From Nitratifractor sp. (GTDB lineage Bacteria > Campylobacterota > Campylobacteria > Campylobacterales > Sulfurovaceae): a stretch of DNA of 64,000 nucleotides. The stretch covers positions 4,210-68,209 of the forward strand of contig WFNP01000042.1 in assembly GCA_015488535.1 (NCBI GenBank). The letters are read 5' to 3'. The notes under the pieces were generated by a model, which saw nothing but the letters and a program-made list of their open reading frames with translations, ran no database searches and was not told where the DNA came from. A program made the translations under genes and the position numbers. Of this stretch, positions 12,747-22,763 are shown one piece after another. Numbering within the stretch: position 1 is the stretch's first letter; every line of letters begins with the position of its first letter.

Positions 12747-15188
12747 TTAATACTCTAAATATATACCGCTATTTGTTCCATTCCATTTAACGGTACACTC
12801 AACCTCTTTGGTTTGATTGTCATCTACATCAGCTTTGACATTTACTGTAAATACTCCTCGTTTTACATGTAAATCTGTAGTGTCTGCATTGAAATCCAAT
12901 TTACATTTATCTGCAGGATTTACTGTAATACTACTTGGGACAATATCTACATCATCCAACCATGTACTACCACCTCCCGGTGTCTCAATAGCTACTGAAA
13001 CATTTGTATCTGCATTGCCATGATTTGGCACTACAACAACACTATCTGAAACATTATATTTATCATTTCCTCTAAAAGAGTCTTTAAGTGCTGTTGCGCT
13101 TCTAGCGTTTTCACCATAGGCAGTAACTGCCAATGTATATGTATGTGATACAAGAGCAGGATCATAAGCTACTTTTATTTTAGCTACTCCGTTACCATCA
13201 ATTGTATAATCTTGTCCATCATTGGCATCTGTAACACTGGCTACATGAACTTCACCCATAAGCAATCTGTCTTCATCGCCTACTATATATCTCAAACCTT
13301 TTGCATCTTTACCATAATAATCCTCTTCCAAGCCCAATTCATAGTCTCCAAAGACATTGGATATGGTCCAACCACCAATATAGTTTTTGTTCGATGCATC
13401 AGCAGTAGGAAGCACAATTAATCTGTCTCTTGAGGCATCTACTTTATCAAATGGACGATTTTGGGTATCTTGGAATATTGTATATTCAGGTCCTTTTCTG
13501 ATTTCACCAAAGCTACTGTTGGTATCAGCATTTGCTGGTATGATTGTAGCAGGTGCTGTAGCATTATTTTCATTACCACCACAAATAAGTGTAGGATGGA
13601 AATGCCCACCGTTATTTACAGGATTGGCATATTTATCAACTGCATGGACATTGTAGTAATCATAAAAGAGTCCAGTATCTGCATCAGCTTTTGTAGATAT
13701 ATAATTGAGAGATATAGAAGATATTGCTCCTGACATAATCGTAACAGGTATGGCTGTTTGAATTTTGATATCTCTTTTACCATTAAATACTGTAGCTTCT
13801 GCTTCAATAATTGCAACTCCGGATACTCTTTTGGTTTCAACATCTACCTCTTTGTTTGCATCTACTGAATAGGAGTATCTTATACTGTCATCTGGAAAAT
13901 TAATCATACTGTAATAATCTTTGACACTGAGAGTTACATTTTTGACATTTTCATCTTCGATGATATTATCTTTATTGCCTTTTTCATGGATAGATACGAC
14001 TATTGTACTGTTTTGCTCTATAGATAGCGTCTTTGGTGCATCTATACTGATTTGATAATCTATACTACCCTGGTCATAAGTAATTGTCAAATCTTTTGTG
14101 ATACCACTTTTTTCTTCTGTCAGTTTAACAGTTCTGTCATCCAAGCCATACAAAGAAGAAGGAGATGTATATGTAAATGAACCCTTACCGTTGGCATCTG
14201 TTGTCACAAGTGTAGTAGAAAATTTTCCGTAATCTTTGCCATCACCATTATAGAGTTGCTCTATTTTGATATTGGCAGGTACTCCTATATTGTCTTTATT
14301 GACAGTAACTATTGTAATATTTTGCTCTTCATTTGATTTTGTTACCTGTAGTGTCTGAGGCATCAAATATACTCTATCTACTCCCTCTTGAGGTTTAAAT
14401 ATGATTTTTGTATTTTGTCTCACATTTGTATCTGTATAGAAGTATAAACTCGTATCTGAAAGACCTCTTATATTTTTTGGACTGTGATACACAAAACGAG
14501 CAGTACCTGAAGAGTCAGTTTTTACTGTATATTTCTCAATCCATCCAAATACAGGTTGCAAAAACTCTGCAGTGACATTGGTATCTATGGCAGGATGTCT
14601 TCCTGTATCATCATCTACTGCCACTGCCACATCTATCTCATAGACACTATCTAGAGCATCAACTGTCAAACTTTTAGGAGGGAATATTTCATAATTCAAA
14701 CTTCCATCAGCATTCTCTCCTCCGGAGCCTGCCAAACTGACAGATTTGGGGAATGGTCCTCTTTTGGATGAGCCATCCATATTTGATACCCATTTGTCAT
14801 AATGTAGCATTATCTTGTTTGAGTATAAATCACTATCCTGCGGACACTGGAAATCACTATCTATGGTCAATACCTGGGTACTGCCTAAATATTTGAAATT
14901 AAATGTTGCATCATCTGCCCCATTAAATGAAAAACTGGATAATGTACACTCATTCAAAGTAGTAAGAGAGAAGTTTTTCAACATTATCTTCACATCTTTT
15001 GGAAGTTTTGAAGCTTTTAGATTCATAACGGCGTGGATTTTACCATTGGATGCATCAAATGAAGATAGTGAAAAGTTCACTTTTGTATCAGGAACAGGTT
15101 TGTTCCCATCGGCATCTCCACCACCTGTACCACAGCCAGTCAATGCAATAAGCATTACTGATACTATCAACAGAGCTAATTTTTTCAT
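12747..15188 (-). CDS. Large lipoprotein with repeated bacterial Ig-like (Big_1/invasin-like) segments
   Basis: Signal peptide plus lipobox (LIALTG-C). Contains repeated segments such as VKTDSSGTARFVYHSP, VTTDANGKGSFTYTSP and HAVDKYANPVNNG, reminiscent of invasin/intimin Big domains. Confidence 0.6.
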   Translation of the reverse strand: MKKLALLIVSVMLIALTGCGTGGGDADGNKPVPDTKVNFSLSSFDASNGKIHAVMNLKASKLPKDVKIMLKNFSLTTLNECTLSSFSFNGADDATFNFKYLGSTQVLTIDSDFQCPQDSDLYSNKIMLHYDKWVSNMDGSSKRGPFPKSVSLAGSGGENADGSLNYEIFPPKSLTVDALDSVYEIDVAVAVDDDTGRHPAIDTNVTAEFLQPVFGWIEKYTVKTDSSGTARFVYHSPKNIRGLSDTSLYFYTDTNVRQNTKIIFKPQEGVDRVYLMPQTLQVTKSNEEQNITIVTVNKDNIGVPANIKIEQLYNGDGKDYGKFSTTLVTTDANGKGSFTYTSPSSLYGLDDRTVKLTEEKSGITKDLTITYDQGSIDYQISIDAPKTLSIEQNSTIVVSIHEKGNKDNIIEDENVKNVTLSVKDYYSMINFPDDSIRYSYSVDANKEVDVETKRVSGVAIIEAEATVFNGKRDIKIQTAIPVTIMSGAISSISLNYISTKADADTGLFYDYYNVHAVDKYANPVNNGGHFHPTLICGGNENNATAPATIIPANADTNSSFGEIRKGPEYTIFQDTQNRPFDKVDASRDRLIVLPTADASNKNYIGGWTISNVFGDYELGLEEDYYGKDAKGLRYIVGDEDRLLMGEVHVASVTDANDGQDYTIDGNGVAKIKVAYDPALVSHTYTLAVTAYGENARSATALKDSFRGNDKYNVSDSVVVVPNHGNADTNVSVAIETPGGGSTWLDDVDIVPSSITVNPADKCKLDFNADTTDLHVKRGVFTVNVKADVDDNQTKEVECTVKWNGTNSGIYLEY

Positions 15189-15221
15189 ATTTTTATCCTT
15201 AGAGTATATGATTTGCTCATA

Positions 15222-15776
15222 TTAGTCATTTTTGAGTTTATAGTTAAATCCTACAGAGACACCATAAAACTCATTTGCACTGTCATTTGATGAATCCATA
15301 TATTTAGCCGTTGTATCTATTGAAAAATCTTCAAAATCGAATATGGCTCCAACCTGTGCTCCGTAAGCTACACCATTTTCATCTATTGTATTTCCATACT
15401 TGTATCCATGATACCCTACTGTTCCACCTATAAATGGTTGAAACAGTGTCTGATTTTGCATAGGTACTGTATAGAAAATATAATCCAATTCACCGGTTAC
15501 CAAGATATTTTCAGCCGTTGAGCCTACCACGGTATCATCTTTTATCAAACTATACCCCAGTAAAAATCTCCAATCACTGTTTTTGGCACCTATTCTAAAA
15601 TCGAGTGAAGGCACACTGTAATCATGCTCCAAGCCTATATTATCGTTACTCTTAAAGTGATAGTAACTAGCTCCTATTCCCATAAGACCGGTACTATCTG
15701 CAGCATATACCGCCGAACTTAATAACAATCCTGCTACTGCTGTTTTACATACACTCTTTATAAGTGTTCTACTCAT
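15222..15776 (-). CDS. Small outer-membrane beta-barrel protein (about 8 strands, OmpX/OmpW/opacity-like)
   Basis: Signal peptide ending AVYA-AD. Shows alternating aromatic/hydrophobic beta-strand patterning and a C-terminal VSVGFNYKLKND. Sits 33 nt upstream of the lipoprotein gene on the same strand. Confidence 0.6.
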   Translation of the reverse strand: MSRTLIKSVCKTAVAGLLLSSAVYAADSTGLMGIGASYYHFKSNDNIGLEHDYSVPSLDFRIGAKNSDWRFLLGYSLIKDDTVVGSTAENILVTGELDYIFYTVPMQNQTLFQPFIGGTVGYHGYKYGNTIDENGVAYGAQVGAIFDFEDFSIDTTAKYMDSSNDSANEFYGVSVGFNYKLKND

Positions 15777-15918
15777 AATCTAAATCCCCCTTTTTACATT
15801 TGTCAATATCAAATAATATCTTTTAATATATTAATAGATTCTTAGAGCCGTAAAATCTATCCAAAGATGCTTTTAACTATAATGGCATATCAATTTTCCT
15901 ATGAGAGGGATTTATACA

Positions 15919-17163
15919 ATGATAGATTTGAAAAAAATGCAAAATAATTTTGATGAAGTATCAGAAAAACTACTCAAAAAAGGTGTCAGCCATGAGTTGA
16001 TGGCAAAGCTCAAAGAGGAGTTTGAAGAGCTCAAAAGCAGAAACAGCCAGTATGAGAGTGCAAGAGCTGAGCAAAACAGACTCTCCAAACTCTTTGGAGA
16101 ATATAAAAGAGAAGGCAAAGATATATCTGAATTAAAAAAGCAGGTAGATGAGCTTAAAGAGGAGGTCTCTGCTTATCTTGACAAAGCCAGAGAAGCCCAG
16201 GAGAGGCTCACAGAATTGGCTATGGGTATCCCAAATATTCCGGATGATAGTGTCCCAGAAGGTCTGGATGAAGATGACAATGTAGAGATAAAGAGAGTTT
16301 TGGAGCCTAAAAAATTTGATTTCAAACCAAAAGAGCATTGGGAACTGGCTGAAAATAACGGCTGGATAGATTTTGAAAGAGGTGTAAAACTTGCCAAGAG
16401 CAGATTTGCAGTCCTCAGAAATGAGGGTGCCAAACTGCAAAGAGCATTGATTAACTACTTTTTGGATAAAAATGCACAAAGAGGATTTATAGAGTATGCA
16501 GTGCCGTATATGACCAATTCAAATATGCTAAAAGGCACAGGACAGTTACCAAAATTTGAAGATGACCTCTTTAAGGTATGTGATGAAGATTTGTATCTGA
16601 TACCAACTGCTGAAGTGCCTCTTACAAATCTCTTTCATGATGAGATACTAAAAAGCGAAGAGTTACCTCTGTTGATGAGTGCCTACTCTCCATGTTTTAG
16701 AAGAGAAGCCGGAAGTGCAGGAAGAGATACAAGAGGAATGATAAGACAGCACCAGTTTGCCAAAGTAGAGATGGTAGCAATAGCTCATCCTGACAAGAGC
16801 GATGAAGTATTTGATATGATGGTAGAGAATGCTTCAGAGATTTTGACTGAATTGGGACTGCCTCACAGACTCGTAGAGCTATGCACCGGAGATTTGGGTT
16901 TTTCGGCAGCTAGAACGGTGGACTTAGAAGTTTGGCTTCCTGGACAAAACAAATATAGAGAAATTAGCTCAGTATCAAATACCAGAGATTTTCAAGCCAG
17001 AAGAGCCAAAATCAGATTTAAAGACGGTAAGAAAAACAGACTCGTGCATACACTCAACGGCTCAGCATTGGCTGTAGGCAGAACAATAGTAGCCATTATG
17101 GAAAATTATCAAAATGAAGATGGCACAATAGATATACCTGAAGTTTTAAAGCCATATATGTAA
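15919..17163 (+). CDS. serS: Serine--tRNA ligase
   Basis: N-terminal coiled-coil arm and class II core ([15 protein letters not shown]). I place the start at ATG 15919, after a GAGAGGGA RBS. Confidence 0.92.
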   Translation: MIDLKKMQNNFDEVSEKLLKKGVSHELMAKLKEEFEELKSRNSQYESARAEQNRLSKLFGEYKREGKDISELKKQVDELKEEVSAYLDKAREAQERLTELAMGIPNIPDDSVPEGLDEDDNVEIKRVLEPKKFDFKPKEHWELAENNGWIDFERGVKLAKSRFAVLRNEGAKLQRALINYFLDKNAQRGFIEYAVPYMTNSNMLKGTGQLPKFEDDLFKVCDEDLYLIPTAEVPLTNLFHDEILKSEELPLLMSAYSPCFRREAGSAGRDTRGMIRQHQFAKVEMVAIAHPDKSDEVFDMMVENASEILTELGLPHRLVELCTGDLGFSAARTVDLEVWLPGQNKYREISSVSNTRDFQARRAKIRFKDGKKNRLVHTLNGSALAVGRTIVAIMENYQNEDGTIDIPEVLKPYM

Positions 17164-17201
17164 TTTCTGACATTATATATTACTTTTTAAACTTTATACT
17201 T

Positions 17202-17225
17202 GCCCCTCATCTCCTGATATGGGGC
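17202..17225 (+). repeat. Hairpin with conserved CTCCTG loop, copy 1
   Basis: GCCCCtcAT-CTCCTG-ATatGGGGC. Shares the exact 14-nt core ATCTCCTGATATGG with copy 2. Confidence 0.55.
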
Positions 17226-17287
17226 ATAATTTCCAGACTGCTTATACATCAGCAGATGCGTAACTAAGTAAAAAAATTATTTTATTT

Positions 17288-17308
17288 GGGACTAAAGTTC
17301 CGTTTTTT
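17288..17308 (+). terminator. Putative intrinsic terminator downstream of serS
   Basis: GGGAC-taaa-GTTCC followed by GTTTTTT. Confidence 0.5.
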
Positions 17309-17329
17309 ATAAAGAATATAACCTTACTC

Positions 17330-17353
17330 ACTCCATATCTCCTGATATGGAGT
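17330..17353 (+). repeat. Hairpin with conserved CTCCTG loop, copy 2
   Basis: ACTCCATAT-CTCCTG-ATATGGAGT, a perfect 9-bp stem. The arms differ from copy 1 in a compensatory way (CCCC/GGGG versus CTCC/GGAG). Confidence 0.6.
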
Positions 17354-17368
17354 ATAACCGTAACTATC

Positions 17369-18778
17369 TCACCCCATTATCTTGGCTACAAGCAGTATCC
17401 AAAATGTTCCTATTGCCAAAAACACCAATGTATTTACAAGCGTTATCACTCCACCCACTTTGTATATTTCTGGTCCTTTCAAATAACCGCTACCTACATA
17501 GATAACATTGGCTGAAGAGCCTTGCGGAGTAATTACAGCATTGAAATTGGTTGCATAAAGCAGCATCAACGCTATCAAATCTCCCGGCACTCCGGCTTTG
17601 ATAGCAACTCCTAAAAATACCGGAAACAGTGCCAACATTTGGGCAGTCTGAGAGACAAAAAAGTAGTGTATCAATACATAACTGATTACAAGAGTCAAAT
17701 ATACCACCGGCCATGACAAATCACCAATAGCAGTAGATATATGCTCCCCTACCCAATCCATAAATCCAAATTTATTCAAATATACACTCATTGCATAGAG
17801 TATAGAGAACCAAATCAGTGTGCCAAGAGCATTACCCTCTGATGTCATATCTTTGAGTGTAAAGACTCCTGTAAGCATCAATATACCAAGCCCCAAAAAT
17901 GCTACTGCTGTCTTATCCAGACCAAATACACCTGAAAATACCCACAGTATCAGCATACCTATAAATACACCGCCCATAATCTTCTCATCTTTGCTCATCG
18001 CTCCCATCTCTTTTAGAGCTTCAGCAGCTATATTTGGAGCATCCGGAGTCTCTTTTATTTCTGGTGGAAATACTTTGTAAATCACCCAAGGAATTAAAAA
18101 AAAGAGTATCCCAACCGGCACAATAGCTCCTAATACCCACTCAGCATAAGTGATATGGATATCAAACTTTTCTGCCATCTTGGCACCTGCCGGATTGGCT
18201 GCCATTGCTGTAAGCCAAAGTGAAGATGACAGAGTAATACCTGCCATTGAACACATCATCAAAAATGAACCAAGTTTTTTCCTACTCTCTTCATCAGGCT
18301 TTGAGCCACTGTCAAGTGCAAGTGAGTTTACAATAGGAAACAATACCCCTGAACGAGCTGTATTACTCGGAAATGCCGGAGCGATTAGCATATCTGCACC
18401 CATTACAGAATATGCAAGTCCCAAACTTGATTTACCAAACTTTTTAATGATAAGAAAAGCTATTCTCTTGCCCAGACCAGATTTAATCACAGCTCTTGCA
18501 ATCAAAAATGCAGCAATAATCAGTAAAATAAAACTTTCTGAAAAGCCCATATATGCCTCTTTGGGCTTTAAGATACCTGTCAAAACTTCAGCTGAAAGTG
18601 CCAATATCGATGCTGCCAAAATTGGAAGAGCATCTACAATTACCGTAACAATTGCGGCAATAAATATGACAAAAAGCCTCCAGGCATTCTGCTCTAATCC
18701 ATTTGGAACCGGTGCAAACCACATCATAACAGCTACGATAAAAATACCGACAAGCCAATATCTGTCACGATTACTCAT
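17369..18778 (-). CDS. DASS/SLC13-family anion:sodium symporter (dicarboxylate or 2-oxoglutarate/malate-type permease)
   Basis: 469-aa polytopic membrane protein. The N-terminus MSNRDRYWLVGIFIVAVMMWFAPVP...QNAWRLF and overall pattern are typical of DASS permeases. Confidence 0.65.
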   Translation of the reverse strand: MSNRDRYWLVGIFIVAVMMWFAPVPNGLEQNAWRLFVIFIAAIVTVIVDALPILAASILALSAEVLTGILKPKEAYMGFSESFILLIIAAFLIARAVIKSGLGKRIAFLIIKKFGKSSLGLAYSVMGADMLIAPAFPSNTARSGVLFPIVNSLALDSGSKPDEESRKKLGSFLMMCSMAGITLSSSLWLTAMAANPAGAKMAEKFDIHITYAEWVLGAIVPVGILFFLIPWVIYKVFPPEIKETPDAPNIAAEALKEMGAMSKDEKIMGGVFIGMLILWVFSGVFGLDKTAVAFLGLGILMLTGVFTLKDMTSEGNALGTLIWFSILYAMSVYLNKFGFMDWVGEHISTAIGDLSWPVVYLTLVISYVLIHYFFVSQTAQMLALFPVFLGVAIKAGVPGDLIALMLLYATNFNAVITPQGSSANVIYVGSGYLKGPEIYKVGGVITLVNTLVFLAIGTFWILLVAKIMG

Positions 18779-18870
18779 ATATTATCTCCTTTGGGATTTA
18801 AAATAAAATATTGACATTCAGTATATCTATTTTTGATAAAAGTCTAAAAATGAGTGAGCTTAATATAAAA

Positions 18871-19617
18871 TTAATAGAGTATCAGTTTGATGATAGTCAG
18901 AGCAACAACAATAAGAAAAAATATCCGTATAAATTTAATCTCTCTTTTATTTACCATATTAGAGCCTAAAAATGCTCCTATTATCTGCCCTACTCCCATA
19001 GCTACTCCTACACTCCATATAACCAAACCGGCATATATAAATACAGAGAGGGAGACTATATTTGACACAAAATTAAAAAGCTTAGTCTCAGCAGTAGCAG
19101 ATTTCAAATCCAATCCAAGCAACAATACCAGAGATATTGTCCAAAAACTACCGGTTCCCGGACCAAAAAATCCATCATAAAAACCTATCAAAATACCAAA
19201 CAGTATATAAAATAGCGTATGAGGTATCTTGTGGGGTTTTGGTTTTAATCCCAATTTTGGAGTAAGCAGGGTATAGATAAATATCACTATAAGCATCACT
19301 ACAATCATAGATTCCAGTTTGTCAGCCGGGAAAAACTGCACATTTATTGAGCCTAATGCTGCTCCCGTAAATGTCGCAAAAACTCCTGTAAACAACTCTT
19401 TTGGATTCATCAATCCGAGTCTTGAATAGTTTAAAGCAGATGTAAAACTGCCAAAACTGCTTTGGAGTTTGTTCGTAGCAAGTGCCTGATGAGGAGGTAT
19501 TCCCACTGCCAACAGTGCAGGTAGTGTAATTATACCTCCGCCTCCGGCAATAGAGTCTATAAAACCTGCAAAAATTCCTGCAATAAAAAGTAAAAAAAGA
19601 GTAAAAAAATCTGTCAT
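18871..19617 (-). CDS. TauE/SafE (DUF81) family membrane protein, putative sulfite/anion exporter
   Basis: AGFIDSIAGGGGIITLPALLAVGIPPHQALATNKL is the hallmark of the YfcA/TauE family. Confidence 0.8.
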   Translation of the reverse strand: MTDFFTLFLLFIAGIFAGFIDSIAGGGGIITLPALLAVGIPPHQALATNKLQSSFGSFTSALNYSRLGLMNPKELFTGVFATFTGAALGSINVQFFPADKLESMIVVMLIVIFIYTLLTPKLGLKPKPHKIPHTLFYILFGILIGFYDGFFGPGTGSFWTISLVLLLGLDLKSATAETKLFNFVSNIVSLSVFIYAGLVIWSVGVAMGVGQIIGAFLGSNMVNKREIKFIRIFFLIVVALTIIKLILY

Positions 19618-19662
19618 TATATTTAAAAGGGGAAAATGAGGCGAAAAATCGCCTCAGAAGAG

Positions 19663-20220
19663 TTATTTATTCATTGCTTCAAGAGCATATTTTTTACCAA
19701 GCTCATAAGCCAGTTTGTTGGCATCATGAACCTTTGGCGGGACTTTGCTAAGCATAGTCTCAACCAATACATCTTCTGGAAGTGCATTCATAAGAGTATT
19801 AGCTATTGCAAGTGCCACTACCGATTGAGTAATAACATTACCCACTTCCTCTTTTGCAATTGTAATAATAGGAATTTCTACAATATTCCACTTTTGTCTG
19901 TCTTCATCAGTCGGATATACAAGATTTGGGTCAATTACAATTGTTCCACCCTCTTTTACTCCATCTTTAAATAGTTGATAACTCTTATCAGCAACAGATA
20001 GCATAAAGTCAATTTGACCATCAATTGCATAAGGGTACCAAATCTCTTCATCATCAAGTTGGATATCCACAACAGTAGGACCACCTCTTACTTGAGAAGT
20101 ATAGGTAGCAGTCTTTACACCGTATCCACCCATTTTGATTTTTGCAGCCGCAAAAATCTCTCCGGCAAGAAGTACCCCTTGACCACCGACACCGGTAAAT
20201 CTCATTACTATTCTACTCAT
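19663..20220 (-). CDS. oorC: 2-oxoglutarate:ferredoxin oxidoreductase, gamma subunit
   Basis: RFTGVGGQGVLLAGEIF, and the position is last in the oorDABC order. Confidence 0.85.
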   Translation of the reverse strand: MSRIVMRFTGVGGQGVLLAGEIFAAAKIKMGGYGVKTATYTSQVRGGPTVVDIQLDDEEIWYPYAIDGQIDFMLSVADKSYQLFKDGVKEGGTIVIDPNLVYPTDEDRQKWNIVEIPIITIAKEEVGNVITQSVVALAIANTLMNALPEDVLVETMLSKVPPKVHDANKLAYELGKKYALEAMNK

Positions 20221-20230
20221 TAGCTACCCC

Positions 20231-21088
20231 TTACAGCTTTTTATTGAAATCATCAGGTGTAATCTTGGCTCTTTTGCCTTGATGAACCTTTTTAATCTCT
20301 TCATACATTGCACAATACTCTTCAGCCTCTTCATCTTGCTTGAGAATACCGGTAGCCAAGTAGTTGCCTTTTTCCTCTTCAGGAAGTGCATCATATTTTT
20401 TCTTAGGTAGTGTGATACTGTCTATCCAGTCAAGGTTAGCCATGGCATTACCCATCTTGTTTTTCCTACCAAGGTTGATATGGCAGTTTGAAAGAATCTC
20501 TACATATGAAAATCCCTTATGTTTAAGAGCAGCTACCAATACCTTTTCCATCTTTCTAGGCTCAGATACATTCTCTCTTGCTACAAATGAAGCCCCGGCA
20601 GCCATAGCCAATTCACAACCATCAAATGTAGGGTCGATATTTCCTGCTTTTTGAGAAACTGTCCAAAAACCTCTTGGAGTAGTAGGAGATGTCTGAGAAT
20701 TTGTCAAACCGTAAATAAAGTTATTTATTACAATCAAAGTAATATCAATATTTCTTCTACATCCGTGAATTGTATGGTTACCACCGATTGCCAAAGCATC
20801 ACCATCACCGGCTACACATACCACTGTCTTATCAGGATTAGCTAGTTTTACACCGGTTGCATAAGCTACTGTTCTACCGTGAGTTGTATGAATAGTGTTT
20901 GTATCAACATAAGAAGAGAATCTTCCACTACACCCGATACCTGATACCAAACACATATCATCTTTATCAATTCCCAATTTATCCATCGCTCTGATGAATG
21001 CTTTTAGGATAACTCCATCACCACAACCCCAACACCAAAGTGTCGGCATCTTGTTTGTTCTTAAATAAGCGTCATAATTAAATGCCAT
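20231..21088 (-). CDS. oorB: 2-oxoglutarate:ferredoxin oxidoreductase, beta (TPP-binding) subunit
   Basis: WCWGCGDG and the TPP motif VAGDGDALAIGGNH. Confidence 0.88.
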   Translation of the reverse strand: MAFNYDAYLRTNKMPTLWCWGCGDGVILKAFIRAMDKLGIDKDDMCLVSGIGCSGRFSSYVDTNTIHTTHGRTVAYATGVKLANPDKTVVCVAGDGDALAIGGNHTIHGCRRNIDITLIVINNFIYGLTNSQTSPTTPRGFWTVSQKAGNIDPTFDGCELAMAAGASFVARENVSEPRKMEKVLVAALKHKGFSYVEILSNCHINLGRKNKMGNAMANLDWIDSITLPKKKYDALPEEEKGNYLATGILKQDEEAEEYCAMYEEIKKVHQGKRAKITPDDFNKKL

Positions 21089-21090
21089 GG

Positions 21091-22227
21091 TTAAAATACC
21101 TCCTTGACTTTTTCGATGATATCAGCAGGTGAGAATGGACGACCGTTTGTTTTAGTCAATTTCTCTATATCTTTTCTACCCATACATCTTTGAATCTCTT
21201 CATAATACTGTCCCTGGTTAAGCTCAACTACCAATACTTTATCAAACTTTTTACCAAGCTCTTCAAGTCTTTCTTCCGGGCTTGGCCACAGTGTAATAGG
21301 TCTGAACATACCGGCTTTTATACCATTATCTCTAAGTACATTGATAGCCTCTTTGATAGCAAGAGATGCAGAACCGTATCCTACCAATAATATATCAGCA
21401 TCGTCAAGCATATACTCTTCATTCAGCTCTATCTCATCTCTATGTGCATCAACTTTTCTAAACAATCTGTCAATCAATTTTCTACAAGTCTCTATCTCTT
21501 CTGTAGGGAAACCGTCTGCATCGTGGTGAAGACCTGTATAGTGATATCTGTATCCTTTAAACATAGGATTAAGCACTGCCGGCTCGTCTTGAGCTACACC
21601 ATAAGGTTTATAATCTTCCGGAGCTCCGTCAAATGTTTTTCTTGGAACAATATTTTTCTTTACTTCTTCTTGTGTAGGAAGAATAGCTTTTGCATGCATA
21701 TGCCCTAGTGTTTCATCCAGTAACACAATTACAGGTTGCATAAATCTGTCAGCCAAATTAAATGCTCTTACTGTCTCTGTATAACATTCAGCAAGTGTTC
21801 CGGCACACAAAGTGATAGATTTGTAATCACCGTGAGATGGGTTTTTTGCCTGAGCAACATCACCCTGTGATACTCTTGTAGGAAGTCCCGTAGATGGTCC
21901 GCCTCTCATTACATTGATTACAACAATAGGAACCTCTGCCATTTGAGCCAGTCCCAGGTTCTCAGCTTTTAGTGAAATACCAGGTCCTGATGTGGCAGTC
22001 AAAGTTCTTACTCCGCTCATACCTGCACCGATAGCCGCACAGATTCCTCCAATCTCATCTTCCATCTGCACAGCTGCACCACCTACTTTTGGAAGAAGAT
22101 CTGAAATTGTATGCATTACTTCACTCGAAGGTGTAATCGGATAACCTCCAAAAAACATACATCCGGCATCCACAGCTGCCATTGCAGCCAAATCATTACC
22201 GCTTGAAATTACTTCTCTTGTACTCAT
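21091..22227 (-). CDS. oorA: 2-oxoglutarate:ferredoxin oxidoreductase, alpha subunit
   Basis: 378 aa with N-terminus GNDLAAMAAVDAGCMFFGGYPITPSSE. Confidence 0.88.
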   Translation of the reverse strand: MSTREVISSGNDLAAMAAVDAGCMFFGGYPITPSSEVMHTISDLLPKVGGAAVQMEDEIGGICAAIGAGMSGVRTLTATSGPGISLKAENLGLAQMAEVPIVVINVMRGGPSTGLPTRVSQGDVAQAKNPSHGDYKSITLCAGTLAECYTETVRAFNLADRFMQPVIVLLDETLGHMHAKAILPTQEEVKKNIVPRKTFDGAPEDYKPYGVAQDEPAVLNPMFKGYRYHYTGLHHDADGFPTEEIETCRKLIDRLFRKVDAHRDEIELNEEYMLDDADILLVGYGSASLAIKEAINVLRDNGIKAGMFRPITLWPSPEERLEELGKKFDKVLVVELNQGQYYEEIQRCMGRKDIEKLTKTNGRPFSPADIIEKVKEVF

Positions 22228-22239
22228 CTATACTCCTTA

Positions 22240-22557
22240 TTATGCACCTAGCATCATATAGTTATTTTCAGCTATCTTTTTGGCTCTCTCTTTTGCCTGG
22301 TCTGTCAATTTGGCAAACTTATACTCTTTTTTGTCAGCTACAAATATAGCAAAATCTGGACATGCTAATTCGCACTCATTACAACCTATACATGCTTCAG
22401 GCTCTACAATAGTAATCATTGCACCTAATACAGAATGAGGCTCATAACGCATAGCCAATACTCCGGCCGGACAGACTGCAACACATAAATCACATGCTTT
22501 ACATCTATTTTCATCAGTCCATACAGGAGTATTTTCGGGAGCTTTCATCAATGGCAT
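22240..22557 (-). CDS. oorD: 2-oxoglutarate:ferredoxin oxidoreductase, delta (2x[4Fe-4S]) subunit
   Basis: Two cluster motifs, CKACDLCVAVCP and CIGCNECELACP. Confidence 0.85.
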   Translation of the reverse strand: MPLMKAPENTPVWTDENRCKACDLCVAVCPAGVLAMRYEPHSVLGAMITIVEPEACIGCNECELACPDFAIFVADKKEYKFAKLTDQAKERAKKIAENNYMMLGA

Positions 22558-22726
22558 ATTATTCCCCTTTTATATTTGATTTACAGTGATATTTTCACTA
22601 CGACATTAGAATATCTAAGATTGAGTAATGTATTTATGAATAAGTTACTTTATGATTACGCTTTAATGATTATGTTACCTTTTGAAGCAGGTCTGATAGT
22701 CAATAGTTTCAATGGATTAAATATTT

Positions 22727-22763
22727 TAAAAAAAGTTAGTTACACATCATAAGATGTGTAACT
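22727..22763 (-). terminator. Intrinsic terminator after sucD
   Basis: Perfect 11-bp stem AGTTACACATC-ttat-GATGTGTAACT on the minus strand, followed by AACTTTTTTTAA. Confidence 0.75.

Noticed and set aside
17211-17265. Mini-ORFs occur in spacers. Examples are ATGGGGCATAATTTCCAG... (14 codons) at 17219, a 16-codon ORF at 6210, and an 11-codon ORF at 31257. These could be type I toxins or leader peptides.
   Set aside because: They have no ribosome-binding site at a workable distance, no hydrophobic toxin-like sequence, and no conserved features that I can judge from this sequence alone.
18150-18806. Long ORFs lie antisense to clear genes. Examples are 18150-18806 opposite the DASS permease, 6304-6879 and 6362-6907 opposite the aminotransferase, 3656-4132 opposite DAHP synthase, 38282-38752 opposite pgi, 42553-43029 opposite cysC, 23718-24104 opposite sucC, and 19636-19974 opposite oorC.
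   Set aside because: Each lies entirely within a gene that has unmistakable family motifs on the other strand. Their translations are low-complexity (Ser/Ile/Leu/Phe-rich) with no recognisable motifs or ribosome-binding sites. They are typical shadow ORFs.
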